A stretch of DNA of 64,000 nucleotides from a virus. The stretch covers positions 5,060 to 69,059 of IMG/VR virus record IMGVR_UViG_3300044737_000031. One strand, 5' to 3'. The position numbers and the translations under genes are program-made. This document shows positions 18,610 through 28,885 of this stretch, piece after piece; the first letter of the stretch is position 1, and every line of letters starts with the position of its first letter. The notes under the pieces are model-generated. The model searched no databases. It was given only the letters and a program-made list of their open reading frames with translations, and was not told the origin of the DNA.

Positions 18610-21600
18610 CTATCCCTGTGATCGCACGAAGTTGTGAATGATGCCACCGCTTCGTGTTTCCTCGGCAATGGCCACACGCAATTTTCGGTTGAGCGCCGCG
18701 GCCGCATCGCGTGACTGTTGATCACCCGAATCCTGTTTGGTGCTGCTTGAGCTTGAGCCATCCGAGTGCACGTGCGTTTCAATCACGAAAGTGTTTTGTT
18801 GATTGAGATTGGTTTGGCCATGCCCCACGGGCGCGAGGTTGGCCATTTGCTGTGGTGTAAATACTCCCTCATCATCGGTTTTGATAATCGCTTGCTCGCC
18901 GGGCTGTATGCCGCCCTCGTGCATGCGCGGCATGGTATCCACGTTGATCCACTGGCCATCGTCGCTTCCGATAATGCCGCCCTCATGGAATCGCCTAACC
19001 GAATGCATTTTAATCGCGGGATCAGGGCCGCCCGTGACTTGCCGCCTGTTATCGCCGGCACCATCGCCGCTGCCGCCCGTTGGCAATCCAAGGCTTGTGT
19101 GAATGTATTGATATTTGATCGGCCGATAATACGTACTCGGATCACCGGTGGCTGACCACTGGCTTGACCAAAAGTTCTGTTGCATGCCCGGCCCAATGCC
19201 ATCGCGCCCCATGCGCTTGGCCACCCAACCCGGCATCGGTGTGCCATCGTTAGGCGACCACGACATATTGCCAAGAAACGGCTGCCATTCCGAATCGCCT
19301 AAACCTTGCTCGTTGCCGTGCGAGTATTGGATACCAAAGACGCTTGGCCCGCCCAACCCCAACGCCATGCCGAGTGAGCCGAGGCCGCCGGCGTTGCCTG
19401 AGCTTCCGCCGAAAACATCCATCACCGTGGTGGCACCGTTTGCGCCGGTGCTAAACTGCATCAGGCCATTCACGATGTTGCCCGTGAAACCCATGTTGAA
19501 TCCTCGGCCGGAATTGTAGTTGGCCGGATTGTTCGACGGCGGCCGGGCGCTCAATTGGCCTACTGGCAAATTACCGAGATTGACCGGATGCGATGTGGTG
19601 CCCGTCGCACCGCCGGCCGTGTTGCCGCCCGAAATCTCGCCGCCCGGCGTCATTTGCGTGCCAATGTAATTCCAGTTGGAATCGTACACCCACGTGACAC
19701 CGCCGCCGGCATCGTAGGAATTAAATCCCGCGGGCACCGTGTATCCGCCGCCGTCATACTGGCCACCGCCTTCGATCGTACCGCCGCCGGCCATCGCGCC
19801 CTTAAACGGGTTACTATAGTTTTGAACCTCGCCAAGATTGTAACCGGGATCACCGGGTTGCGCGGTGCCAATGTAATTCCAATCACCATCGTACACGTAT
19901 TGGCTGCCATCGGGATTGGTGTACCAGTTATCGGGCGGGCCGTAGCCTAACGGGTTAGTGCCGCCACCTTGCCCGCCGGGCGGTTGGCCGCTGATCGTGT
20001 TTTTATACGTCCAGTTTTCATCGTAAACGTACGTGTCACCACTGGCCGGATCGTAGTAGAAATTTTCACCGCCAATACCGAGGTTGCCGCCAAACCCCGC
20101 AATGTCACTACCGCCAACGTTGGGGTTGAAATTCGGATTGTACGGATCGGTGTTGAATCCGGGCAACCCGGTGGTGGGGTCAACAAAGCCGGGATCAACC
20201 CGCGCCATCTCGCCTAGATTCGGATCGTACGACCACTGGCCGCCGCTCGGATCGATGTAAACCGGATTTTCCATCGGCCCCGGCGGTTCCATTGACCAGC
20301 CGTTGCCAATCGGGAATGGCACGCCGGGAATGGAATTGGGATCAAGACTGATCGAACCGGGATCAAAACCGGTGCCGCTTGAGGTACCGCTTGGATTGAC
20401 GCCGGGGAAAAATTGCCCGCTTGGACTCACCCAACCTTTCACCTCGCCATTGACTAACGACCACATGCCGCCGCCGCCATCGGGCACGAATTCGGTTGGC
20501 GATGTTCCGTATCCACCCCCGCCCCCACCTGTGGCCGGCGGTGGTAATGATCCACTACCGTCAAACTGGCCGGATGGCGACCACTGGCCGTACCATTCGG
20601 GCGGCAACGCCGATGGATTCAAATGGCTGTTTATCGCCTCGTTATACCCGGCTTGATACTGGCGCGCCGTGATGCCGGCGGCCGCAAGATTGGCCGGGAT
20701 ACCGGAATGCCCGGCGGCCGATGTGCGCGTTGAGGATGCGCGATTGGCCACACCCGTTGGCCCCGTGCCGCCCAATCGGCTGGCCGCCGAGTGAAAGGTT
20801 ATATCCGGCGCATTGGCACCACCACCATGCCGGCGCTGATGGCCAGCCGCGCCGCCGCCCGGTAAATCGCCACCGGCGTGAATGGGTGGGCCAAGGAAAG
20901 CCGGGCCAGTGCCGCCCGCGTGGATCGGTGGCCCCAAAAATGCCGGGCCGCCGCCCTTGGTGCCAGTTTGATCACCTTGATTACCGGTGCCGCCACCAAA
21001 CACAATCGGCACGGGCGATGGCGGCACTTTGATGGGCGGTTTCCTAACGATAGTTCCACCCGGATTGTTTCCGCCCAAATCATCCACCAAACCGGGCGGC
21101 ACAAATGTGATTGGCGGCAATGGCGTGGGTGGTACTCGGGTACCTTCACCGCCGCCGGCCATGGGCGGTGCATCATGGCCTAACTCGCCACCCGGAAAAA
21201 TCGGCGGCAACGGTACCGGTGGTTGACGCACGCCAGTTGGCCCACCACCGAATAAATTGGCGTCATGCCCCAACTCGCCGCCGGGGAAAATTGGTGGCAA
21301 TGGCGTGGGCGGCAATCGCACCCCGGTTGGCCCGGTGGCAGGATCGATAATACCCGGCTCGCCATAGATGATAGGTGAAGGCGTTGGCGGCTGGCGCACG
21401 GGCGCAACGCCGGCGTTGTCACTCACGGGCGGTGCATCGAATCCGAGGCCGCCGTACGTGGGCGGAAGCGAAGTGGGCGGCACCCATGTGCGCCCGGTGC
21501 CGATAATGGTTTGATGCGGTGGCGGCACGCTAACGATTCGGCTGCTTCCACCAAGCGCATTCATTTGCGATGGCGTGAATACATCCGGGCGCGTAGGCGC

Positions 21601-24600
21601 AAGGTGCTGCATCTGATTGGCCGTAAACACGCCCTCGCCGTGTTGCAGCACCGTCAATTCCTCGTTGTGCGCAATGGGTGATCGATCCATTTGCCGTTTT
21701 GGCAATGGGTCTGAGCCGATCAGCGCGCCGGTGTGCGCCACAACCGCCCCGGAAAAATTCGCACTACTACTCGCACCGCCAAAGAGTGCGCCAAAGCTTG
21801 AGGTTGAACCGCCGCCGCTAAACCCGCCCACCAAACTACTGATAGCGCGAAAGATCAGCATCTTGATGATCATTTGCGAAATCTCTTGGAGAATCGAAAC
21901 GGCCATGTCACGAAACGCCGTCTTTGCATCCTTCGTGCCGTTGATCACCGAGCCGATGGCGCTGGAAAAATTGTTGGCAATCGAGTTGGTGATATCGGTG
22001 CCCAATTGCTGCATTTGTTGGGCCGCGTTGCCCCATGCTTCCACCGCCTTGTGGATGCCGAAAATAAACGCATCGCTTTCGCTCGTTATGCCGGCCTTGA
22101 TCTTTTCCTCTGTCTCGGTTTCCAGCCGCAAGCGTTCGGATTCGTACACACGCCATGCGGCGAGCCGGCGTTGGGTTTCATCTTCCAACCCGGCCGTAAG
22201 CTGATCCTTGAATTGATTTGGATCGGCCAGTTGCTTCACCGTTGCCGCTTGCAAGTCCATCATCCGGCGCGTGCGCTCGGTTTCGGTTTGGGCCGTCTCT
22301 TGGATGAGGTTGTACTGTTGCCAATAATCGTTGATGATTTTTAAATCAGACTGGTACTTGGCGAAATCGCTTTCACCGCCTTTGCCGGTGGGATTCAACA
22401 CGCCGGTTGGTGCCGGCGGTTTTGGCAAATTACTTTCGGCCGTAGCGCGCGCATCAACCACCGCTTTCCATGCGGCCGCAATCTTGGCGTTGATATCGGA
22501 TTGATCCTTGTTAATCGCCACTTGCGTTTGATTGGTAGCGCCCATTTCTTCCAAGGTTGGGCCGAGGATCGGCGATGCCTTGACGTAGGGCGCGCCGGTT
22601 GACGGATCACCACTGGCCATCAGATCGGCCATATACGCTTTTGCCTCTGGCGAATTGCCGGCGTTTTTAAGGCCGTCAATAACCGCGCCGGAAACTTTCT
22701 TGGCCAGATCGTAAACGAGCAACGGCGGAAAGATTAGATCAAGCACCACGCGCCCCACCGCGCGAAAGCCGTCTTGTAACTGATCCTCAAAATACTTTCG
22801 CATCTTGAGCGTGGCCAAATCCCATTCCAACGAAATCACATTGAATATTTCGCCTTGCTTGCCCAACGCCGTGATCATTCTTATCCAGTCGCCCACTTGC
22901 GCGCCGGCCTCGGCAAATTTGGGGATCAATTCCACAATCTTTTGATCCACCAAATCGATCAACGGCCCCAATGCCGAATCGATTGGCGCGCCGAATTGGC
23001 CAAGCGCCTGTTTCCAATCGGTGCTCAAGCGTTTGAAGGATTGCGATGTACCGGTACTCATCAGTTGCATGACGGATGAGAAATACCCGCCCTCTTGCGC
23101 CGCCTGATGCATGGATGCGCGCAACTGATCGGTGGTGATCGTGCCTTTCTTGAAATCCTCCATCACCTGTTGCGCGCTGATGTGCATGGACGTTGACAGC
23201 AACGAAACAAGATCGATGCCGGCCGTTCGAAACGCGCGGATGGATAGCGCGGTAACGTTGCCGGTTTCTTCCACTTGCTCTAAGGCGCGCGCCAATGATT
23301 CCAGATTGCCAGCCGGCCCGGCCGTCAATGTCACCATGTCTTTGAGCGTTTGGTTTACATCATCGCCGGCGCGGCGAAATAGAAAGAGTGAGTTGTACAC
23401 CTTTTCCAACTCTGGAATCTCAAACTTGGTGTTGCGCGAAAGGTTGACGAAATTTTGATAAGCTGTCGTGGCCGCCTCAGTGCTGCCAGTGAGCGCCTTT
23501 AAATTCAGTTGGGCCGCTTCCACTTTCGTGCCCTCACTCAATGCCTCGTGGAAAAGGTGAATGGCGATTGCACCGGCCGATACCACCGCAATCAACGCGG
23601 CGATTGTGGCCGCCACGGGCGCGATGCGCAGTGCCATTGCGCCCAATCCGCCCTCGGCCAGTTTGCCCGATGCGGCTAACCGCTCGGTGGCCATGGATGC
23701 CGCGCCAAGGCCGTTGGCCAAACCGATCACGCGGGTTTGCAGTGGGCCAAACAACGCGGCGAATTGATAGAGCAACGTGGAATTGCCGCGCATGCGCTCG
23801 GCAAATGTGAGCATGCCGGTTTCCGATTCCTTGGATGCCACACTATTTTTGATTGATGCGCCGAGTTTTTCGTACGCGGCTTGCGCTTCCCCGGCGCTTT
23901 TGACGGCCGCTTGTGCCGATGCATTGGCCGATTGTTTGTTGGCATCCTCAACTTGCTTTGAAACCAACATGGATTCGCTCGCCGCGCGCACGGCCGCTTC
24001 CAACGAGGTTGAGGCAGCTTGTTGCGCCGCTCGCGCCTCATCCATCCGGCCTTTCTTCACCGCCTCAATCCCGGCCAGCGCGCTTTCAGTTGTGGCCGTG
24101 GATGCCGCAATTGATTCGCTCACATTCTTTGACAGCAACTCGGTTTGTTGCGCGGAAAGGCTGGCTTGTGCGTCTTGCACTTGCCGCAATTTGGCAAGCA
24201 ACGCGTCTTGTTCGGAAATTTGGGCGCGGGCCACCGCGGCCGTTGCCGGGTTGCTCGCTTGCGTGGTGAATCCCCGCGGGCCGGGCATCGCAACGTTTTG
24301 CACCGATGCGGCTTTGGCCCGCAACTGATCCAAACTCAACGCGGTGCTTTGGATCGATCGGTTAAGCTGATCAACCGTACTCGTGATTCGCACCACGCCG
24401 CTTTCGGTTTGCTTTGTCCATTCGCCATCGCCCACTTTCTGCCATGCGCTTTGCACTTGGCTGGCGATTTTTTCGAGGTTGGCCATTTCCTTGCCGATGG
24501 CTTGGCTTGAGCGCTCCAACCGGCTCAAGCTCGCCGCGCCGGCCGTGCCAAGGTTGCCAACGGCCGTGCTCGTACGATTGGCTTGCGCATCAATCGTGGC

Positions 24601-24891
24601 CAGTGTGCCCGTGACTTTCCCGCCGGCATCGGCGGTACGCGTCAAATTGGTTTGCGCGGCCGCGCCTAACTTGTCCATGGCGGCCACGTCGCGATTGATT
24701 ACCGGCTCAAGCTTGGCCAGTTCCCCGGCCGCGGTAGTTGCAGCCGCGCCGGTGCGTGCGCCCATTCGATCCGCGGCAAAGGCCATCTTGTCCGCGGCCT
24801 CAAGCAATTTGTTGAGCACCGCAATAAACCGATCACCGCCGGCCGCGGCCGTGGTGGGATCGATTTCTAAGCCTAGCGTTGCAACGTCCAT
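18610..24891 (-). CDS. tape measure protein with large Pro/Gly-rich insert
   Basis: 2093 aa; Ala-rich helical N-half with tape-measure-like core and AFRDMAVSILQEISQMIIK; located between the chaperones and M. Confidence 0.9.
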   Translation of the reverse strand: MDVATLGLEIDPTTAAAGGDRFIAVLNKLLEAADKMAFAADRMGARTGAAATTAAGELAKLEPVINRDVAAMDKLGAAAQTNLTRTADAGGKVTGTLATIDAQANRTSTAVGNLGTAGAASLSRLERSSQAIGKEMANLEKIASQVQSAWQKVGDGEWTKQTESGVVRITSTVDQLNRSIQSTALSLDQLRAKAASVQNVAMPGPRGFTTQASNPATAAVARAQISEQDALLAKLRQVQDAQASLSAQQTELLSKNVSESIAASTATTESALAGIEAVKKGRMDEARAAQQAASTSLEAAVRAASESMLVSKQVEDANKQSANASAQAAVKSAGEAQAAYEKLGASIKNSVASKESETGMLTFAERMRGNSTLLYQFAALFGPLQTRVIGLANGLGAASMATERLAASGKLAEGGLGAMALRIAPVAATIAALIAVVSAGAIAIHLFHEALSEGTKVEAAQLNLKALTGSTEAATTAYQNFVNLSRNTKFEIPELEKVYNSLFLFRRAGDDVNQTLKDMVTLTAGPAGNLESLARALEQVEETGNVTALSIRAFRTAGIDLVSLLSTSMHISAQQVMEDFKKGTITTDQLRASMHQAAQEGGYFSSVMQLMSTGTSQSFKRLSTDWKQALGQFGAPIDSALGPLIDLVDQKIVELIPKFAEAGAQVGDWIRMITALGKQGEIFNVISLEWDLATLKMRKYFEDQLQDGFRAVGRVVLDLIFPPLLVYDLAKKVSGAVIDGLKNAGNSPEAKAYMADLMASGDPSTGAPYVKASPILGPTLEEMGATNQTQVAINKDQSDINAKIAAAWKAVVDARATAESNLPKPPAPTGVLNPTGKGGESDFAKYQSDLKIINDYWQQYNLIQETAQTETERTRRMMDLQAATVKQLADPNQFKDQLTAGLEDETQRRLAAWRVYESERLRLETETEEKIKAGITSESDAFIFGIHKAVEAWGNAAQQMQQLGTDITNSIANNFSSAIGSVINGTKDAKTAFRDMAVSILQEISQMIIKMLIFRAISSLVGGFSGGGSTSSFGALFGGASSSANFSGAVVAHTGALIGSDPLPKRQMDRSPIAHNEELTVLQHGEGVFTANQMQHLAPTRPDVFTPSQMNALGGSSRIVSVPPPHQTIIGTGRTWVPPTSLPPTYGGLGFDAPPVSDNAGVAPVRQPPTPSPIIYGEPGIIDPATGPTGVRLPPTPLPPIFPGGELGHDANLFGGGPTGVRQPPVPLPPIFPGGELGHDAPPMAGGGEGTRVPPTPLPPITFVPPGLVDDLGGNNPGGTIVRKPPIKVPPSPVPIVFGGGTGNQGDQTGTKGGGPAFLGPPIHAGGTGPAFLGPPIHAGGDLPGGGAAGHQRRHGGGANAPDITFHSAASRLGGTGPTGVANRASSTRTSAAGHSGIPANLAAAGITARQYQAGYNEAINSHLNPSALPPEWYGQWSPSGQFDGSGSLPPPATGGGGGGYGTSPTEFVPDGGGGMWSLVNGEVKGWVSPSGQFFPGVNPSGTSSGTGFDPGSISLDPNSIPGVPFPIGNGWSMEPPGPMENPVYIDPSGGQWSYDPNLGEMARVDPGFVDPTTGLPGFNTDPYNPNFNPNVGGSDIAGFGGNLGIGGENFYYDPASGDTYVYDENWTYKNTISGQPPGGQGGGTNPLGYGPPDNWYTNPDGSQYVYDGDWNYIGTAQPGDPGYNLGEVQNYSNPFKGAMAGGGTIEGGGQYDGGGYTVPAGFNSYDAGGGVTWVYDSNWNYIGTQMTPGGEISGGNTAGGATGTTSHPVNLGNLPVGQLSARPPSNNPANYNSGRGFNMGFTGNIVNGLMQFSTGANGATTVMDVFGGSSGNAGGLGSLGMALGLGGPSVFGIQYSHGNEQGLGDSEWQPFLGNMSWSPNDGTPMPGWVAKRMGRDGIGPGMQQNFWSSQWSATGDPSTYYRPIKYQYIHTSLGLPTGGSGDGAGDNRRQVTGGPDPAIKMHSVRRFHEGGIIGSDDGQWINVDTMPRMHEGGIQPGEQAIIKTDDEGVFTPQQMANLAPVGHGQTNLNQQNTFVIETHVHSDGSSSSSTKQDSGDQQSRDAAAALNRKLRVAIAEETRSGGIIHNFVRSQG

Positions 24892-25290
24892 TTATCGGTA
24901 AGCCGGGATGATTTTTTTGGGTGGCGGCCGCTGTTGCTGCTTTCTCTTTTCCTCGTTCAACTCATTCCAATACTCGCGTGCGATACCGTCAAGATATTGC
25001 ATCCAATCGATGAATTCCGCCAGTGTGCAAAACTCAACCATTTCAAACACGTGAAATCCCACCACGATTTCAGAAAGCGGAATGGCCGGTACCGCCGAAA
25101 ATCCACTCGGACGGCTACCGGCCAATTGATTCCAAGTCGAAAGCAGATACACCACATCCGCCCCAACTTCCGGCTTGTTTTCGATGGCTGGCGTTGATTC
25201 GCCGGAATCAAAACGCTCGCGCAACCATTCGTACTCCTTACCCCAACGAAGGTTCCAAAGCAGGGCGGCTTTTGCTTTCCGCCTTTGCGG
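24892..25290 (-). CDS. tail assembly chaperone, T-like part (start uncertain)
   Basis: ALLWNLRWG, WNQLAGSRPSGFS, AIPLSEI, FIDWMQYLD; overlaps the end of the G-like gene in a different frame. Confidence 0.7.
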   Translation of the reverse strand, partial: PQRRKAKAALLWNLRWGKEYEWLRERFDSGESTPAIENKPEVGADVVYLLSTWNQLAGSRPSGFSAVPAIPLSEIVVGFHVFEMVEFCTLAEFIDWMQYLDGIAREYWNELNEEKRKQQQRPPPKKIIPAYR

Positions 25291-25696
25291 CGGCCGTCCC
25301 TTCCTCTTGGAAAATCGAGAGGTCGGATGCTTCCTCTTGCACGAATTCGTACACAAGATCGTTGCTCAGTAGGCGCAACAAACTTGCTTCCAAATCCTTT
25401 AGCGTTTCACGCGGCAACGCTTTGCCGCCATCCACCGTGAATCCTTCGAAGTCCAGCAAGAGAGTGCCCACCATGGCCCGGCGATTGACGTTGCGCACCA
25501 CATCCGGTTCCAGCCGGCGGCCCTTGGTCTGTTTCATGGCCTCGTTGGTGAGCTTGGCCACTTTGCGTTGGAATTCCTTCCCGCGCGCATAGCCAATTTT
25601 AAGTTTCGCGTTTTCATCCGGGTTGCCGAATGGACGCCATACGCCTTTTTCCACCAAGTCTTTGCTTGGTTCGATACTGCCGAGTTCTAGTGCCAT
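25238..25696 (-). CDS. tail assembly chaperone (G-like)
   Basis: Position after the tail tube; EKGVWRPF, LLLDFEGFT. Confidence 0.75.
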   Translation of the reverse strand: MALELGSIEPSKDLVEKGVWRPFGNPDENAKLKIGYARGKEFQRKVAKLTNEAMKQTKGRRLEPDVVRNVNRRAMVGTLLLDFEGFTVDGGKALPRETLKDLEASLLRLLSNDLVYEFVQEEASDLSIFQEEGTAAAKAESKSRPALEPSLG

Positions 25697-25746
25697 AGGT
25701 GTGCGGTGCTTTCTCTTTGGGTTGTGCGGTTGTTAGGCAAGGCCGC

Positions 25747-26679
25747 TTACAGCGTGGCCTTGGTGACTTTCATTTGGCACGCCTCGGTGGGATCGAGCAA
25801 CGCGCGAAATTGGATATTCTCCATTCGATCCGCGTTCATGCCGGAAAGGTCGGGCATGTCATCGGGCAACTTAATGCGCGGCAACAGCACCGTGTACGAT
25901 TTGCCGCCGGTAACGCCATCCGTCAGAACGAAGGAAAGCGAGAGCGCGGTATTGGCCACAAAGAGTGACCAAATGGACGCATCAGCGAAGTACGCTTGAA
26001 TCGTCCCGGTAATATCCAGATCACCGCGGCCGTATTTCCGGCTAACGAGTGAGGCCACGTCATCGCGTGCCCGCAAGTTATTCTTGATCGAAAGTTTGAT
26101 ATCCTTCACCCCGATGCCGATGGCGGCACCGTTGACCAATACCGATGCGATGTTGATGCCGGCGGCCATCACTGGCGTGACCGTGGCGGCAACCGTCGTG
26201 GTGGCGGCCGTGGCGCTCGCGATGCGTCCAATCGTTCCCATGAACGAAACGTCACCCGTCACAATCTGCTTGGACGAAATGTTCAAATTCAGATCGTTGA
26301 CGGAACAACCGCGGAAGTACAGGAATTGCGCGATATCCAACGCCTGATCCTCAAATTGAAACGAGCGCAACCCGGCCACGCCGGATTTCAAAACACCAAC
26401 CGTGAAAGCGCCGCCCAGCGAGGATTCCAGAAACTTATCGAAAGTATCGCTTGAGAATTCGAACGAGAAACCGCCCGTAACCTCTTGCCCAACGAGTAAC
26501 AAATCAGAGCGTGCACGATCCGCACGAAGCTCGTTGGAAACGATGGTGTTGTTTTTGTGCGCAATAGAATGCTTCGTAATGCGCAGGATTTGCAGTGTTG
26601 GAGTTCCGGGGATTGCCTCGTTGAAAGCTGCTTCCTCGCGAAAAGCCAACTGACTCCTTGTTGTATCGGCATCAGCCAT
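25747..26679 (-). CDS. major tail tube protein
   Basis: SQLAFREEAAF, IVSNELRADR, GGFSFEFS, YFRGCSVN, ITGTIQAYF; strong SD (GAGGAG). Confidence 0.88.
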   Translation of the reverse strand: MADADTTRSQLAFREEAAFNEAIPGTPTLQILRITKHSIAHKNNTIVSNELRADRARSDLLLVGQEVTGGFSFEFSSDTFDKFLESSLGGAFTVGVLKSGVAGLRSFQFEDQALDIAQFLYFRGCSVNDLNLNISSKQIVTGDVSFMGTIGRIASATAATTTVAATVTPVMAAGINIASVLVNGAAIGIGVKDIKLSIKNNLRARDDVASLVSRKYGRGDLDITGTIQAYFADASIWSLFVANTALSLSFVLTDGVTGGKSYTVLLPRIKLPDDMPDLSGMNADRMENIQFRALLDPTEACQMKVTKATL

Positions 26680-26733
26680 ATTATTTGCTCCTCAAGTTTT
26701 GGTGTTTGTTGGTTGGCGTGCGGGAAACGGTTT

Positions 26734-26757
26734 GAGCCTCAATTGAGGCTTTTTCCT
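26734..26757. promoter_or_regulatory. palindrome A downstream of a predicted tail-tube promoter
   Basis: Identical 24-mer; minus-strand TTGCGT-17-TACTAT lies just upstream (about 26767-26795). Confidence 0.75.
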
Positions 26758-26806
26758 TTGGTGCGGCATAGTAATCAGTTCGCCCATATTACGCAAGCGC
26801 TCTCAT

Positions 26807-27268
26807 TTAGCCGATTTTCACGATGGTTGGCGCTGGCGTGAATTGGTCGCGCTGAAATTCAATCAAGGCGTTGTGCTTTGACCACCCATTTTCGTCACCC
26901 ACCTTGTTTAATTGGACTTGGCGAAACGTGATATCCCCATCATCGATCAGGAATCTTTTGTTTTCGAAAATCTCCATCAGTTTATCGGCACACGCGCGCG
27001 CCGGGCGGATGCCGGCATTCTCGCGAATAAAGATTTCAAGATAAACGATCCCATGGTTTCGCTTTTCCCGGCCGCCAATCGTCTTTGGTACTGATTGCCC
27101 GTTTTTGACGGTGAAGCGCGCCCACGTGGTGATCGGTGCACCGCTCTTGTCAACGTCCGGCCGCGGCTTGTTGTCGTACTGCACGGGCACGAATTCCGAA
27201 CCATCAACGTTTTTGAATCCGTCTTGAAACGCCCCAAAGATCACATCGCGCTCGGTTACAAAGCTCAT
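26807..27268 (-). CDS. tail terminator-like protein
   Basis: VQYDN, WARFTV, GIVYLEIF, ADKLMEIFE; position before the tube gene. Confidence 0.75.
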   Translation of the reverse strand: MSFVTERDVIFGAFQDGFKNVDGSEFVPVQYDNKPRPDVDKSGAPITTWARFTVKNGQSVPKTIGGREKRNHGIVYLEIFIRENAGIRPARACADKLMEIFENKRFLIDDGDITFRQVQLNKVGDENGWSKHNALIEFQRDQFTPAPTIVKIG

Positions 27269-27795
27269 ACAGGAAATGCGCCGGCGCGCCGGGCCGCTTC
27301 GATTGCGGCCATCACGGTTGTTTCCATGGCCGCCACGTTGATGGCCACCATCCCGTGCGGTGCCTGTCCGCTATGGCCATCCTCAAGCGGTTTGATGTAC
27401 GGCAAATTGGATGTGATAAAAATTTTCTGCGTCCCGTCAATTTCCTTGATCACATCCGGCTCGGACGGCGTTTGCGTGGCCGCCTGTTCAAACATCGGAT
27501 GCGGCCCCGGTGTCTCGCCATTGCGCCGGGCGCGTTCGCGCGCGCGTTTATCTTCCACGGGGATATCGGGCGGTACCTCAAGGTTTGGCTCGTTAAGCGC
27601 CACATTCCAACTGGCCCGTGCCCGGCCGGTATCCACCGGCGTTTCCATCGTGATCAACTGATGCAATTTAATGGTGAGCACTTTGGCCACCGTGGCCACG
27701 GCCGCATCCTTGATCAGCGCAAATTTCATTAGATCACCGCGAAACTTGATCACGCCGGCTTTACCCGATGTGGATTGGTTAAGTGTCGCGCTCAT
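27265..27795 (-). CDS. HK97 gp10-like neck/tail completion protein
   Basis: TPVDTGRARASW, SNLPYIKPLEDGHSGQAPHGMV. Confidence 0.88.
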   Translation of the reverse strand: MSATLNQSTSGKAGVIKFRGDLMKFALIKDAAVATVAKVLTIKLHQLITMETPVDTGRARASWNVALNEPNLEVPPDIPVEDKRARERARRNGETPGPHPMFEQAATQTPSEPDVIKEIDGTQKIFITSNLPYIKPLEDGHSGQAPHGMVAINVAAMETTVMAAIEAARRAGAFPV

Positions 27796-28175
27796 CTGCG
27801 TATCCGCACATCAAACACCCGCACGTTGTAGGCAACCGAAATAATATTCCACGTTTCGCCTTCCACCACGGCCTTGTGGCTGGCCGTGATTTCCAGACTC
27901 GGCACCCCGGCTTGTTTGGCGGCCGTCTCTAAATCGCTTTCATTCACAATCAAATGCTCATCCATCTTGGTGATATCGCTTTGCGCATCCACCGCTTTGA
28001 CCACTTGGAAAGCTTTGCACGTGAAAGTTGTGCCGCCGGTATCGGCTAGATCAGTATCCGCGCGCGCGTCATAGTTCTTTTTGTCACCAAGCGTAAACGT
28101 CACATCAACCTTGATGTTGCCGGCGATGTTAAAGGCCGTATCAACCAACGGCCTAACAATTCCAACGATATCCAT
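27792..28175 (-). CDS. head closure protein
   Basis: Position and size; C-terminal GETWNIISV. Confidence 0.6.
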   Translation of the reverse strand: MDIVGIVRPLVDTAFNIAGNIKVDVTFTLGDKKNYDARADTDLADTGGTTFTCKAFQVVKAVDAQSDITKMDEHLIVNESDLETAAKQAGVPSLEITASHKAVVEGETWNIISVAYNVRVFDVRIRR

Positions 28176-28176
28176 T

Positions 28177-28728
28177 TTACTGGCCGCGCACCACGCGGGC
28201 GCTTGTGCGCTTGAAACGGAACCGGCCGAGCGGTTGAAGCATGTACATCACCTGTTCCGGCATGGCCCGCTTGCGGTTGGAGTGATCGAACGTGATGGCA
28301 ATGGCCCCGGTGACAGTCAATTGCGAAATGCCGCTGGCCTCATCATCCTTGGTCCGATCAACGGTCAAGAGCGCCAGCGCTAATTCGCACGTGGCATCTT
28401 TCACCCGTTGCGGCACCGAGTTGCTGTCAAAAAACGGTGCCAACACAACCGGGCCGGCAAACGTGAAATTGTATCGCTCAATGTTGGGCACGCGGATACG
28501 CGGCCATTTGAGCGCTTGGATATCGTTCTTAACGAAACCGTGAAACTCAGTGTTGGTGTCAATCACCCGCGTGGCCATCATCAAGGCCGTTTCCTTTTTG
28601 GAATAGCTCGCGCCTACGTTCCACGCATCCCCGTACAAGTGCCGCTCAAAATAAAGCTCGGCATCCGCTCGCGTGATGTAGCTGTTGGCCGTCGCCAGCC
28701 CGGTGCCGTCCTCAACGATTAAAACCAT
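28177..28728 (-). CDS. head-tail adaptor (family often labelled DnaT-like)
   Basis: LIVEDGTGLATANSYIT, QALKWPR, VPQRVKDATCELAL. Confidence 0.85.
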   Translation of the reverse strand: MVLIVEDGTGLATANSYITRADAELYFERHLYGDAWNVGASYSKKETALMMATRVIDTNTEFHGFVKNDIQALKWPRIRVPNIERYNFTFAGPVVLAPFFDSNSVPQRVKDATCELALALLTVDRTKDDEASGISQLTVTGAIAITFDHSNRKRAMPEQVMYMLQPLGRFRFKRTSARVVRGQ

Positions 28729-28885
28729 GGTTGATTAGTAAACCGATCATCCCGCGGAATCCAGCATACAACCACCACCGCCCACCAACGCCCCTTGCTG
28801 GCCGGTACTACGCGGCATGGCCGCATGCTGGATACCGCGGCCGCCGGCGCTCTACACACCGGCGGCCACGTTCCTCAACCCTGAA

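Noticed and set aside
28177-28728. DnaT-like replication protein
   Set aside because: Position in the neck module indicates a head-tail adaptor
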